The notes beneath the pieces are model-generated. The model ran no database searches, was not told the DNA's origin, and was given only the letters and a program-made list of their open reading frames with translations. Shown piece by piece: positions 37,698 to 47,722 of a stretch of DNA of 64,000 nucleotides. How positions within the stretch are numbered: the stretch's first letter is position 1; each line of letters starts with the position of its first letter. This DNA comes from Cyclobacteriaceae bacterium (GTDB taxonomy: Bacteria; Bacteroidota; Bacteroidia; Cytophagales; Cyclobacteriaceae), in NCBI GenBank assembly GCA_016787565.1, contig JAEUUG010000004.1:325827-389826 (forward strand), given 5' to 3'. The position numbers and the translations under genes were made by a program.

Positions 37698-39950
37698 TCA
37701 TGAGAGTATCCTCAATTTGGCAAAACTTAGCAAAAGGGTCTTTTCACCCACATCATTGAAATTGATCCGAGCCTTACGGTCGGCACCGGAAAAGTCCATT
37801 TGAGCAACTACGCCAAAGCCAAACTTGGGATGTTCCACTTTCATACCCGCTTGTAATGCGGATGTATCGCTTGGGGTGAAGTCGGTAGGTGGTTTGTACG
37901 CAGTAGCCCTGTTCACCGGGGCAGAGCTAACAGTTTTCTTCATCCCGCTCACCAGCTTTTTGGCATACTGACTGGGAGGAGGGGTGGACTCTACTCCGGA
38001 GAATTTCGAACTGACTTTGATGAAACTTTGATCAATGTCATCCAGGAACCGGCTTGGTTCACAATTTTTGAGTCGACCAAAACGATAACGCGTTAAGGCA
38101 TACGACAGGAATAATCTTTTCTGAGCGCGTGTAATGGCCACATAGAAAAGTCTTCTCTCTTCTTCCAGGTCAGCACGACTGCTCAACATCATTTGCGAAG
38201 GAAAGAGATCTTCTTCCATGCCAACCATGTATACATTTCTGAATTCAAGTCCCTTGGCCATGTGAATGGTCATCAAGGTTACCTTCTCGGGATCTTTATC
38301 CTTGTCTTCATCCTGACCTGTAACAAGGGAAACTTCCTGTAGAAACGACCCTAAACTTTTATCCTCACGTTCCGCGTCATCCACAAATTCTTTGATGGCA
38401 TTGAGAAGTTCCTGAACGTTCTCATACCGGCTGAGTCCCTCAACGGTTTTATCTTCGTATAATTCGCGCAGTAAACCTGAACCTTTGGCAATTTCGAAAG
38501 CTGCATCGTAGGCATCTTTGCGTTCAATCTCCAGGCTAAAGCGTTTAATCATTGCCACGAAATCATCAATAGGTCCTGCGGCCCGTCCGCCTATAAATGA
38601 ATTGGCATGTTGGATAACTTCCCAGATGGAGATACTGTGGTCGTTAGCAGCTACAATGATTTTATCGATTGTGGAATCGCCAATACCGCGCTTCGGTAAA
38701 TTAATGATTCTGCGAAACGATGCTTCATCCTGCTGGTTGATTGCAAAACGCAGGTACGCGAGCAGGTCTTTGATTTCTTTGCGCTGATAGAAGGAGAGTC
38801 CGCCTACCACTTTATATTTTATATTCATCCTCCGCAGCGCTTCTTCTATTGCGCGCGACTGGCTGTTGGTTCGGTAGAGTATGGCAAAGTCGCTGAACTT
38901 GAGTTGATGCTGCATCTTTTCCTGAAAGATGGAGGTTGCCACCAACCTTCCTTCTTCATTATCAGAAACTGCTTTGATTAATTCAATCAGGTTCCCCTCT
39001 TCATTGGCTGTCCACACATTTTTCGGAAGCTGTGCGCGATTTCGTTTGATCACCGAGTTGGCAGCCTGAACAATATTTTGGGTAGACCGATAGTTTTGTT
39101 CCAGCTTGATAACTTTCAAGTCGGGATAATCGCGTTCGAAGTTCAGGATGTTGGTGATATCCGCTCCGCGGAAAGCGTAAATGCTTTGCGCATCATCGCC
39201 CACCACGCAAATGTTCTGGCGAACAGCTGCCAGCTTCCGAATGATGAAATACTGGCACAGGTTGGTATCTTGAAACTCATCTACCAACATGTATTGAAAC
39301 CGATGCTGATATTTATTTAACACCTCCAGGTGTTCTTTGAAAAGCTTGTCGGTATTGAACAGGAGATCATCAAAATCCATCGCTCCTGATTTGAAGCATC
39401 GCTGGGCATAGGTTCTGTAGATCTTTCCAATCTCGGGTCGCATGTTTGCGGCATCATCACCCATCAACTGCGGGTTGGCCAAATAATCTTGCCATCCGAT
39501 CAAGGTGTTTTTTGCTGCGGAGATTCTGTTGTACACCGTGTTTTGCTTGTAAACAGAATCGTCTAAACCAAGCTCTTTTACGATTGAGCGAATGAGTGAT
39601 TTGGAATCATCGGTATCGTAAATCGTGAAGTTGTTCGGGTACCCCAGGTGATGTGCCTCAGTGCGAAGTATACGGGCAAATACGGAGTGAAAGGTTCCCA
39701 TCCAGAGATTACGGGCATCATGTCCTACAACGGTTTCAATGCGTTCACGCATTTCTTTGGCAGCCTTGTTCGTAAACGTAAGGGCCATAATGTTAAACGG
39801 ATCCACGCCCTTGCGCATGAGGTGCGCAATACGATATGTCAGCACACGGGTCTTTCCGGAACCAGCTCCCGCAATGAGCATGCAGGGTCCTTCGGTTGTC
39901 AGTACACCCTCCAATTGAGGTTCATTCAGGCTCTCTAAAAAATCCTTCAT
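37698..39950 (-). CDS. uvrD: ATP-dependent DNA helicase, UvrD/PcrA/Rep family
   Basis: It has Walker A (AGAGSGKTRVLTYRIAHL) and superfamily 1A helicase motifs (TFTNKAAKEMRER, VDEFQDTN, the QNYRST region). The C-terminal domain is typical of housekeeping PcrA/UvrD. The start is taken at MKDFLESL. Confidence 0.9.
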   Translation of the reverse strand: MKDFLESLNEPQLEGVLTTEGPCMLIAGAGSGKTRVLTYRIAHLMRKGVDPFNIMALTFTNKAAKEMRERIETVVGHDARNLWMGTFHSVFARILRTEAHHLGYPNNFTIYDTDDSKSLIRSIVKELGLDDSVYKQNTVYNRISAAKNTLIGWQDYLANPQLMGDDAANMRPEIGKIYRTYAQRCFKSGAMDFDDLLFNTDKLFKEHLEVLNKYQHRFQYMLVDEFQDTNLCQYFIIRKLAAVRQNICVVGDDAQSIYAFRGADITNILNFERDYPDLKVIKLEQNYRSTQNIVQAANSVIKRNRAQLPKNVWTANEEGNLIELIKAVSDNEEGRLVATSIFQEKMQHQLKFSDFAILYRTNSQSRAIEEALRRMNIKYKVVGGLSFYQRKEIKDLLAYLRFAINQQDEASFRRIINLPKRGIGDSTIDKIIVAANDHSISIWEVIQHANSFIGGRAAGPIDDFVAMIKRFSLEIERKDAYDAAFEIAKGSGLLRELYEDKTVEGLSRYENVQELLNAIKEFVDDAEREDKSLGSFLQEVSLVTGQDEDKDKDPEKVTLMTIHMAKGLEFRNVYMVGMEEDLFPSQMMLSSRADLEEERRLFYVAITRAQKRLFLSYALTRYRFGRLKNCEPSRFLDDIDQSFIKVSSKFSGVESTPPPSQYAKKLVSGMKKTVSSAPVNRATAYKPPTDFTPSDTSALQAGMKVEHPKFGFGVVAQMDFSGADRKARINFNDVGEKTLLLSFAKLRILS

Positions 39951-39973
39951 ATCAACGCGCAAATTAATCTATC

Positions 39974-40915
39974 ATGGATGAGTGTTGTACTTCTGTGAAG
40001 CATTTTTGTAACTATTTTTTTCTTCGGTTGAAAAAGACATTACTTTTGATAAACAGTATAAAAGATTTGATTCCAAAATTTCCGCTCCCACCTTCACGTT
40101 ATCCGGATGATGGATTCAGTATAACCGCAGCAGAACCTTGGTTTAAAGTAAAGGTTCAAGTCATACAGAGTTATTTACAATCTTTTGTTGCCAAAGTAGC
40201 CGGCCGTGTCGATGATATTGTCTTTGTTGATCTCTTTGCTGGCAGCGGACTGTATTCACTGGGACATCAAAAGGAAATATTTTCAGGCTCGTGCCTGTCG
40301 GCACTCTCCAGTGGACTGCCCATCACGAAGTGGATTTTTTGTGAACATGATCCTGAGGAACTAAAAGCCCTGAAAATCAGGGTGAATAAATACTTCCGGG
40401 GAAAGAATGTTCTCATCTTGGAACATTCACCCGAAGAATTGATTGATAAATTCCGGATGTATGTACCGCAGAGTAAGGGTAAATATAAAGTTGCCACCCT
40501 TTGCCTGGTTGATCCCTTCTCGCTAGCCATTCATTTTGAGACTATTCGCAAGCTTGCTGACCAGGGTTTTAATTTCCTGATGCCGTTTACCTTTAGTCTG
40601 AACAACAGACTTGATCACAAATTTTATCTGCAGGAACAGCCTGATAAACTCGGTTGCTTTATAGGAAATGTAAAAGAACTGGAGCGATTTAGTGGCGTTG
40701 ATAGCAATGCACAATTTTATAAACGCCTCGTTCGCATCTATCAAAGTAATATGCTGATGCTGGGCTTGAATACGGCCATGTCAATTCATAAGGTAGATTC
40801 AGGCTTGATGGAATTACCCGTGTACTACATGGGTTTCTTCTCCAGGCAAATCTCAACCAAATCAATTCAGCAGGATGTGCAACTGAGTGAAGTGGTTCAA
40901 TTTGAATTATTTTGA
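39974..40915 (+). CDS. hypothetical protein with class I SAM-methyltransferase-like fold (RsmD-like motif I DLFAGSG, degenerate motif IV LVDPFS)
   Basis: The stretches VFVDLFAGSGLYSLG, IFCEHDPEELKAL and KVATLCLVDPFSL parallel RsmD motif I (LDLFAGSG), the post-I beta strand, and the DPPF motif IV. The match to DPPF is imperfect. About 120 aa of C-terminal extension follow. The 5' end is uncertain: the first ~30 codons are AT-rich and promoter-like, and in-frame TTG starts exist about 70-90 nt downstream. Confidence 0.55.
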   Translation: MDECCTSVKHFCNYFFLRLKKTLLLINSIKDLIPKFPLPPSRYPDDGFSITAAEPWFKVKVQVIQSYLQSFVAKVAGRVDDIVFVDLFAGSGLYSLGHQKEIFSGSCLSALSSGLPITKWIFCEHDPEELKALKIRVNKYFRGKNVLILEHSPEELIDKFRMYVPQSKGKYKVATLCLVDPFSLAIHFETIRKLADQGFNFLMPFTFSLNNRLDHKFYLQEQPDKLGCFIGNVKELERFSGVDSNAQFYKRLVRIYQSNMLMLGLNTAMSIHKVDSGLMELPVYYMGFFSRQISTKSIQQDVQLSEVVQFELF

Positions 40916-40993
40916 AAATGTTCATTTGCTAACGCTAGCCTGCTGCGGTGAACACATGGACGGAAGACTTGTAACTTTTTTTACCTTTACCGC

Positions 40994-41584
40994 ATGATAA
41001 AAGTTGGAGATGTATTAGTAAGCGATGATATCGCTGAAAAGGAGTTTGTTTGTAATCTTGAAAAATGTAAGGGAGCCTGCTGTGTGGAAGGCGATTTTGG
41101 TGCTCCTCTTGAAGAGAGTGAGTTGGCTATTCTGGAAGAAATTTATCCGATGGTAAAACCCTATCTCTCACCCGAAGGTATTCAAGCCATTGAAAAGCAA
41201 GGGACACATACTGTGGATGATGAAGGTGAATTGTGTACGCCTATCATTGACGGCCGGGAATGTGTGTATGCCATCTATGACAAAAAAGGTGTGCTGAAGT
41301 GTGGCATCGAACAAGCTTACAACGATGGCAAGATCAGCTGGAAGAAACCCATTTCCTGTCACTTGTACCCGATCCGGATCACGAAGAAGAAAGAATTTGA
41401 AGCGGTGAACTACCACAAGTGGCACATCTGTTCGGCTGCTTGTTCGTTGGGTAAAGAGCTGCAGGTGCCACTGTATAAATTCCTAAAAGATCCATTGATC
41501 CGAAAATATGGAGAGCAGTGGTATGGAGAGTTGGTGACGGCCATTGAAAGTGGCGAAACCAAGAGAAAAAAATCTAAAGTTTAG
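40994..41584 (+). CDS. DUF3109 family Cys-rich protein
   Basis: It is 196 aa with an N-terminal C-x4-C-x3-CC cluster ([14 protein letters not shown]) and six further conserved-looking Cys, including HICSAAC. This matches what I recall of the Bacteroidota DUF3109 family. Confidence 0.6.
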   Translation: MIKVGDVLVSDDIAEKEFVCNLEKCKGACCVEGDFGAPLEESELAILEEIYPMVKPYLSPEGIQAIEKQGTHTVDDEGELCTPIIDGRECVYAIYDKKGVLKCGIEQAYNDGKISWKKPISCHLYPIRITKKKEFEAVNYHKWHICSAACSLGKELQVPLYKFLKDPLIRKYGEQWYGELVTAIESGETKRKKSKV

Positions 41585-43349
41585 GTGCCAGCCAGAGAAA
41601 CCCTGCTGCGCATACAAGGAGTATAAAAAAGTACCATGCCGAAATGGGGCGATAGTCTAACACTGTTTCCATTTCCTTATCGCGGTGATGAGGGTGGCTA
41701 AGTCTATTCATTTTTGTCTGTACATTTGCGCGCCACGATTCCCATTCTCCTGGATTAAAAATGTATACATGATGAAGTGTTGAGTCTCCGGAAAACTGAA
41801 ACGAATGCCATCCGGCATTTTCAAACCAGGCGCGGCCAGACCAGCGATCATCCAATAAAACATCCTCCGCAAGGGGGATGCGTACACTATCAGCAAACAA
41901 GAAGGGTTGGTTGCCGGATGAAAGAATTTCAATGTCAACGGGTTCATTCGTATACAGCGGACCTTCGGTTATGACGTTAAGTTGAAAGGGAACTTTCTCA
42001 TTGCGCGCAATCTGTGTGAGCATCGGAGCCCAGAGCATGGCATAGCTATCCTTTTTACCTTGTATAATAAGTGGGTAAGTCTCTTGCAGAACCTGAAATC
42101 CTATTTTCCCAAAACCATGATGAATATATCCTGCTAGAATTCTTCCTTTGCTGTCAACCACAGACTGAACACTACGATTCGGTAAAATAGTTTCTGATGT
42201 AACCGGAAACACATGGGTATAACCACGGATGTGGACGGCTACCGTATCTTGTTTAACCTTTGTAAACGAAACCGGTAAAAATGATTTCAATCCGTTGATT
42301 TTCGATGGCAAATCGTGAAATAGTACTATTGCCCCCAAACCCTGATCAATGGATTCCTTGAGACTATTTTTTTCTGATACTGAAAGTGACTGAAAGACAT
42401 CGGTATCCAGAATAACTAAATCGAATGCAGCTAACAGGGCTGTATTTATTTTGTCAGTCAGACGTGGAGAACTGTTTGCAAACTCATATCGGTATGTTCC
42501 TTTCGACAATTGGTAGCGCACCGCTATAGCGTGATTTTGTTCGGCCAGGAAATTTTTCAGATAGCGCACTTCAGCCGTTGGAAAGTGCTGAAGAAAAAGA
42601 ATGTTCAACTTTTTTGCTTCGGTTATGGAGATGGGCAAAGGATTTTCTTCTACGATGCTTCCTGAGCTGTCTTTTAGTTGCACGTGATAAAGAAAGTTGC
42701 CGACTTGTTTGGGTGTAAACAGTAATTCGAAAGAATGATTTATTCCAGGGCTAACCTGCACAGCGTCTTCATCACCGGCCGGACTGCGCAAGGTAATTGT
42801 TGAAAATTTGCGGTGGTTAGTATAGGTTCCCTGAATGGTGGTTAGTGCATTAACCATAACGGGTGGAAGCGTCAATTCAGAAATTCCTTCATGGGGATGG
42901 CCTGGTATATAGTCAAATTCTTTCTCATTCAGGAGATCCAGTGCATGCAGCGGAAGTCCATCACCAACTACGAATCGGATGTTTCCTTGTAGCGCAGTCA
43001 GGCTGTGAAAGGAGGGAAGGTATTCACCCTTGTTATACTTTTCCGATTCGGGAGCCTGGAGTATTGTTAATTCCGGAAATAGTCTGACAAGGCTATCAAC
43101 GGTCTGTGTACGATAATTAGACGTGAGTAAAACTATAGCACTACTGTTTTTTTTCCGCGGCACAGCTGGCCGAAAGATTAACCCGGATAAGGAGAGCATC
43201 ACCACCATGAGGGATACTATTCTCCAAATGCGAAAGCGCAGCTTTCGACTCCATTCCATCCAAGCGAAAGCGATCGTTACCAGCACAACAACTACAACGA
43301 TCACTGCGGGAGAAAAAATGGGATAAAAGGCTAGCCAGCGATCACTCAT
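41574..43349 (-). CDS. hypothetical membrane protein (last gene of MoxR/DUF58 operon)
   Basis: An N-terminal TM helix ([16 protein letters not shown]) is followed by a second hydrophobic segment and then a large soluble domain. The C-terminus ends in a TM segment ([16 protein letters not shown]). Its start overlaps the upstream gene by 8 bp. Confidence 0.55.
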   Translation of the reverse strand: MSDRWLAFYPIFSPAVIVVVVVLVTIAFAWMEWSRKLRFRIWRIVSLMVVMLSLSGLIFRPAVPRKKNSSAIVLLTSNYRTQTVDSLVRLFPELTILQAPESEKYNKGEYLPSFHSLTALQGNIRFVVGDGLPLHALDLLNEKEFDYIPGHPHEGISELTLPPVMVNALTTIQGTYTNHRKFSTITLRSPAGDEDAVQVSPGINHSFELLFTPKQVGNFLYHVQLKDSSGSIVEENPLPISITEAKKLNILFLQHFPTAEVRYLKNFLAEQNHAIAVRYQLSKGTYRYEFANSSPRLTDKINTALLAAFDLVILDTDVFQSLSVSEKNSLKESIDQGLGAIVLFHDLPSKINGLKSFLPVSFTKVKQDTVAVHIRGYTHVFPVTSETILPNRSVQSVVDSKGRILAGYIHHGFGKIGFQVLQETYPLIIQGKKDSYAMLWAPMLTQIARNEKVPFQLNVITEGPLYTNEPVDIEILSSGNQPFLFADSVRIPLAEDVLLDDRWSGRAWFENAGWHSFQFSGDSTLHHVYIFNPGEWESWRANVQTKMNRLSHPHHRDKEMETVLDYRPISAWYFFILLVCAAGFLWLAPKL

Positions 43350-45588
43350 GGTTCAGGTCGTTGAGTTGTTTCATGAATAGCTGGTTGAGCGGATGGCCAT
43401 TACTTTCTAATGCGTATGGCGAAGGTGTTTTTACCGGAAGGGCCTCCCAGAAATTTTTTCTGATCTCGCGAACAGCATCTTTCAATTTTTCGGGGTTGAT
43501 TTCATCATCGTGTAAAGCCTTTAGCAACGATAAAGTTGTCAGGTATTTTTCGGGATGCTCAAGGGCCAGTGTTGCCAGTTCATTTCCTGCTTTTTGCAGA
43601 ATTGCTTTATCGGTTGAAGAAAGTTTTACTTCTTTCTGCGCATAGGTATGCTCCATCACGGACAATGCTCGTCTGATTTCCGGATAATCCAGTTGGCTTT
43701 CTGTGGTGGATTGTGCCCGTGTACTTTTAACATTTGTCAGTTCGCCCGTAAGGCGCTTATCTTCTTTTACAGGAGGAGGATCGAATCCGGTTCGGTGAAC
43801 ATAAATCCTGGACTCGTTGCTGATTTCTTTAAGCAATTTCAGTGTTTGGTATTGGTAGGGTAGAGACTTGGCGGGTTCGTATAATCGAAGGTAGAGTTCA
43901 GCATCCCACATGAGGGTTAATGCGGCTTTAAGTTTCAGTTTTATGGATTGAATGAAAAAGGTGGCTTCCTCGGCATTATCATGCTCATGTATAAAACCTT
44001 CTAATGGATTTTCACTTTGGTCAGCAGTATGCTGATGGCCATGGTCATCTTTTTCTTTCTTTTCTTCCACCAGGTTATGCTCTTTTTCTGTATCATGCGT
44101 GTGACCAAATTTTTTTGTTACATCTTCTTCAGGGTGCTCTTCTTCAGTTGCTTTTGCCTGGGGTCCGATACCCGACTCAAACTCTTCACCAAGAAACTGT
44201 CCGTACCGTAGTCGTAACACTTTTTGGTCGTGGCCAAGTGCATTGCTGGTTGAATTGAATACGTTCTTCATCAGAAATTTCTTATCCTTTAAAAGCTTCT
44301 CGGTGTCGATAATGATCTGGCGTTGGCTGCGGAAATAATCAGGCAACAGGTCTACACCCAATCCGGCTTCTACGCCAGAATTCTCTGATGCTGTATCCTG
44401 TAAGCTGATGAAGTAGGTTTCTGTTCGTATCCGGTTTGCTATAGGTACTTTATTATCCAACGCCTCAACATAGAAATACAATTCATCGCCAGGTTCCAAA
44501 CCTAATGATAGGAGGTCGAGAGTTCGCTTGGCTTTTACCTCCTTGCCAACAATCTTTTCCGGTTGACTAAACCGTAATTTTTCTTCCCTGAATTTAACCG
44601 ATTCACCACTTCCTTTGCTAACGGTAGCGATGATATAGGCATCCGTTACAGAATAATCATCTTGTAGAACTGACGTAAGACTAATACTGAGTTTATCGGA
44701 GAGTGCGAGTGATGTAAAGGGTGAAATATCCTGAACAACAATCGAAGGGGGCTTGTCGGGTGTCACTGATATGGAATAAAAATCAGATGTTCTGTCCATT
44801 CCGTTTTTAGTGATCCATCGAAACTGATAAATCGATGACTTGTTAAATGATCGACTAATCTCAACGTTGTTATTCTTTTGATGCCGCAAAACAAGCGTGT
44901 CATCCGGCATGATGATTTGGGCCTGAATACTTGAATCGCTAAAGGTTATTGACCATGTGACAGAACTTCCTTCGGGGATGGAAAGATTAAAGTCGTTGAC
45001 CGTATAAGGGCGAATCAAAGTATAAGTCGGAGGTGATATTGTAATCGTTGCACGCTCCATCGCTACAGGCAGGTGATGCTTTATATTTTCTGTTGAAGGT
45101 TGGTCTTTCGCCATGCTATGCTCAGAAGTTGGTGAGTAAAAACGTTGTGCGATGAGAAAGATCAAGATGCTTACACACAATAAACCCGCGGCCTGGCCAA
45201 GTTTTAACGGAAGGCGAATTGACTTATATGTTGCTTTGAATTGTTCGAATATTTTTGATTTCTGCAGGCGTTGCAACGAATTCAGATTTTGATCTTCCTG
45301 AAGCAGCAGGTCGGCACTTTCTTCCAGAAATGGATACCGATGATTGATGAAGTTGATAATTCTTGATTCGTTGATGTGAAAAATTTTGTACCCAAGAAAT
45401 ACAAAGAAAAGCACTGCACAGGAAACTGAGAATACTAGTTGATGTGTGTTTGCGATGCCCAGCAACTGAAGTAAAGCGTATAGCGCGAAAAAAAATGCAG
45501 CTGAATATAGCAGTGCCTCCACAACTTTACGCAAGCGATGCTGTTGTTTTATTTTTTTTAAATAATATTGAGCGTCAATGCTTTTCAC
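43342..45588 (-). CDS. large hypothetical membrane protein with His/Glu/Asp-rich segment (possibly DUF4175-like)
   Basis: Three N-terminal TM helices are followed by a ~550-aa soluble region. That region contains the acidic, His-rich stretch EEEHPEEDVTKKFGHTHDTEKEHNLVEEKKEKDDHGHQHTADQSENPLEGFIHEHDNAEE. Its start overlaps the upstream gene by 4 bp. Confidence 0.55.
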   Translation of the reverse strand: MKSIDAQYYLKKIKQQHRLRKVVEALLYSAAFFFALYALLQLLGIANTHQLVFSVSCAVLFFVFLGYKIFHINESRIINFINHRYPFLEESADLLLQEDQNLNSLQRLQKSKIFEQFKATYKSIRLPLKLGQAAGLLCVSILIFLIAQRFYSPTSEHSMAKDQPSTENIKHHLPVAMERATITISPPTYTLIRPYTVNDFNLSIPEGSSVTWSITFSDSSIQAQIIMPDDTLVLRHQKNNNVEISRSFNKSSIYQFRWITKNGMDRTSDFYSISVTPDKPPSIVVQDISPFTSLALSDKLSISLTSVLQDDYSVTDAYIIATVSKGSGESVKFREEKLRFSQPEKIVGKEVKAKRTLDLLSLGLEPGDELYFYVEALDNKVPIANRIRTETYFISLQDTASENSGVEAGLGVDLLPDYFRSQRQIIIDTEKLLKDKKFLMKNVFNSTSNALGHDQKVLRLRYGQFLGEEFESGIGPQAKATEEEHPEEDVTKKFGHTHDTEKEHNLVEEKKEKDDHGHQHTADQSENPLEGFIHEHDNAEEATFFIQSIKLKLKAALTLMWDAELYLRLYEPAKSLPYQYQTLKLLKEISNESRIYVHRTGFDPPPVKEDKRLTGELTNVKSTRAQSTTESQLDYPEIRRALSVMEHTYAQKEVKLSSTDKAILQKAGNELATLALEHPEKYLTTLSLLKALHDDEINPEKLKDAVREIRKNFWEALPVKTPSPYALESNGHPLNQLFMKQLNDLNHE

Positions 45589-46808
45589 TGATTTCGTTTA
45601 AAGGCAACAATGCGTTCGGTTACCAGCGTAACTAGAATGAAAACAAACCACAGTTGGTCCCAATGAGTGTTATGGCCAATTATTTTTTCTGGTACTGATC
45701 CAGCATCATCGTAAGAATTCAACCATTCTTCAGGGAACATCCGCTTGTCCTCCTCAGCAGCTTTTTTATTTTCCTGTGGTGAAGGAAAAAGAATAGCGGC
45801 CAACGCCATCGTAAGATTTTCTTTGACAGCCACCTCTTCATTCAGTTCATGTGTCAGCATCCAAAGCTTGTCAGTAGACTGTGTAAGTATAGTTTTCACG
45901 GACATTCGATGTAGATAAATGGCATTGCCATTCCAGGCTGCCGGATAACTTTCATCCGAAAGCCATATGAGCCAATCGGCAGTATCCTTCTCGTTGAATT
46001 GTTCGGTTCGGATGGTTTTGATGTGGAAGTGGTGTGGCAGGGAAACATCAAGGGTACGGAGTGCTGCCCGCATGATTTGACCATCACGCTCAAATTTACT
46101 TGTGTTCGCAATGATCACCGAGAGTGTATCAGAATGTATTGCCTGGATTTGGTTTGGAGATTTGTAAAGTGTTTCAAAGAAGGTTCCTTCTGCATCAGAC
46201 TTGCCCGTACGTACCCAAACACTATCCTTTGAAGTTTGTCTGGCGCTAACGATAAACTCGTGGGAAGTTGTCGGTTTGGCAATCCAGCGCATGTTATCGG
46301 GTAATGGAATGCGTTGCCCGCGGAAAGAATTCATTCGATTGCTGGCGATAATGACCACATCGTATAGCGAACGCTCTTTCAGCTCTTCGATCAGCATCCA
46401 GTAATTGTTTGGTGGATAAGCTGCACCTGTACTCACCAGTGGAAAATTTTTTGCCAGGTAATGTGCTTCATAATGGTCACGTTGTAAACTGTCAATGAGT
46501 GGCATGAAATCTTTATCGTTCTCCAGACCCTTTTCAAGAACTACCCATTTTGTTTTTTGAAGTGTAGATGTGTTGCTATGCAAACCACTGATGAAAAAGA
46601 CGAGCCACAGTATCAGAAGCATGCGCAGCAGTAAAAGCAGGTATTCATTCAAACGAATACCCCGGAATTGCCTGGAGTTTGTTTCGGTCAGGTGGCGCAA
46701 GCTGCCGATCCGGATAACCTGGCCTTCTTTCAAACTCAGCAAATGAATGGCAACGGGTATCGCCAACGCGGAAAGTCCCCATAATGCTATCGGGTTTGTC
46801 AATTCCAT
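45585..46808 (-). CDS. BatA_N (aerotolerance-related N-terminal double-TM anchor) domain protein, no vWA domain
   Basis: The N-terminus (MELTNPIALWGLSALAIPVAIHLL, then a second TM LLLLLRMLLILWLVFFI) matches the TIGR02226/BatA_N pattern. A C-terminal TM is also present. I saw no DxSxS MIDAS motif. Confidence 0.65.
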   Translation of the reverse strand: MELTNPIALWGLSALAIPVAIHLLSLKEGQVIRIGSLRHLTETNSRQFRGIRLNEYLLLLLRMLLILWLVFFISGLHSNTSTLQKTKWVVLEKGLENDKDFMPLIDSLQRDHYEAHYLAKNFPLVSTGAAYPPNNYWMLIEELKERSLYDVVIIASNRMNSFRGQRIPLPDNMRWIAKPTTSHEFIVSARQTSKDSVWVRTGKSDAEGTFFETLYKSPNQIQAIHSDTLSVIIANTSKFERDGQIMRAALRTLDVSLPHHFHIKTIRTEQFNEKDTADWLIWLSDESYPAAWNGNAIYLHRMSVKTILTQSTDKLWMLTHELNEEVAVKENLTMALAAILFPSPQENKKAAEEDKRMFPEEWLNSYDDAGSVPEKIIGHNTHWDQLWFVFILVTLVTERIVAFKRNQ

Positions 46809-47701
46809 TAGTACAGCAGATTTTTTCTGGCGATCAGGAATTTTCTTAGGAATACATCAACAGGTTCATCCATGCGGATGAGGTGATAACTGATGTTTTT
46901 TTCCAGCATCCACAACCGCGATGTTTGAATCCAATGGGTTATGCGATCGGAATATTTTTTTTGCTCCGTTACGGTATCGATCTTGATCCGTCCACCCTGT
47001 TCGAGGTCTTCGAAGGTAAAGGAACCTCCAAAGTCTAATTCCATTTCATGCTTTCCCATCAGGTGAAAAACAAGTACCTCATTTCTGGATGTTTTCAACC
47101 TGGAAATGAATTTCAGAATGTCGGACTCCACATCGTACAGGTCGGTGATGAATACGATCATTTCTTTTCCGTGATGATCCAGTAATATCTCTAATCCATC
47201 TTTCTTCCAGATACCTTCACTTTTCACACGGATCAATTCATTCAGAAAGCGCAAGAATTGTTGCTGCTCAAAGCGCGGCTGTATCACAGTAGTGTGAAGG
47301 TTGTTTACTGTAAAAAGACCAAAGGTATCCCGTTGCTTGCGCGAAAGGAAAGCTAATGCTGCAGTGATAATATTAGCATAGTGGAGTTTGCTCAGGCCAC
47401 CTTCTTCATACGCCATTGACCGGCTGGCATCAATCATAAACTTGACCGTAATGTTTGTTTCGATTTCAGCCTGTTTGATGAAATACCGTTCAGAACGTGC
47501 GTACATCTTCCAATCCAGTTGCCGGAGGTCATCGCCCGGCTCATAACTTCTGTACTGACTGAATTCTTGTCCGGAGCCGATGCTTTGACTTCGGTTACTT
47601 CCGCTCATGAAACCTTCCACGATAACCCGCGCAACCAATTCAAGACCGCTGACGGTATTGATTACTTCTGGTTTGAGCAGCGCTTTGATTTCCGCGTTCA
47701 T
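46808..47701 (-). CDS. DUF58 domain protein (vWA-like, MIDAS DASRS)
   Basis: It has the DUF58 core SGQEFSQYRSYEPGDDLRQLDWKMYARSERYF and the MIDAS-like stretch KFMIDASRSM. It lies directly downstream of MoxR. Confidence 0.85.
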   Translation of the reverse strand: MNAEIKALLKPEVINTVSGLELVARVIVEGFMSGSNRSQSIGSGQEFSQYRSYEPGDDLRQLDWKMYARSERYFIKQAEIETNITVKFMIDASRSMAYEEGGLSKLHYANIITAALAFLSRKQRDTFGLFTVNNLHTTVIQPRFEQQQFLRFLNELIRVKSEGIWKKDGLEILLDHHGKEMIVFITDLYDVESDILKFISRLKTSRNEVLVFHLMGKHEMELDFGGSFTFEDLEQGGRIKIDTVTEQKKYSDRITHWIQTSRLWMLEKNISYHLIRMDEPVDVFLRKFLIARKNLLY

Positions 47702-47722
47702 GCGTATTTGTTCTTAGCCAGA

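Noticed and set aside
37698-39962. UvrD-like helicase as a component of a defence island together with the adjacent methyltransferase-fold gene
   Set aside because: The helicase has the full length, motifs and C-terminal domain of housekeeping UvrD/PcrA. No nuclease, ATPase or other defence-associated partners are nearby, and the region has no mobile-element hallmarks.
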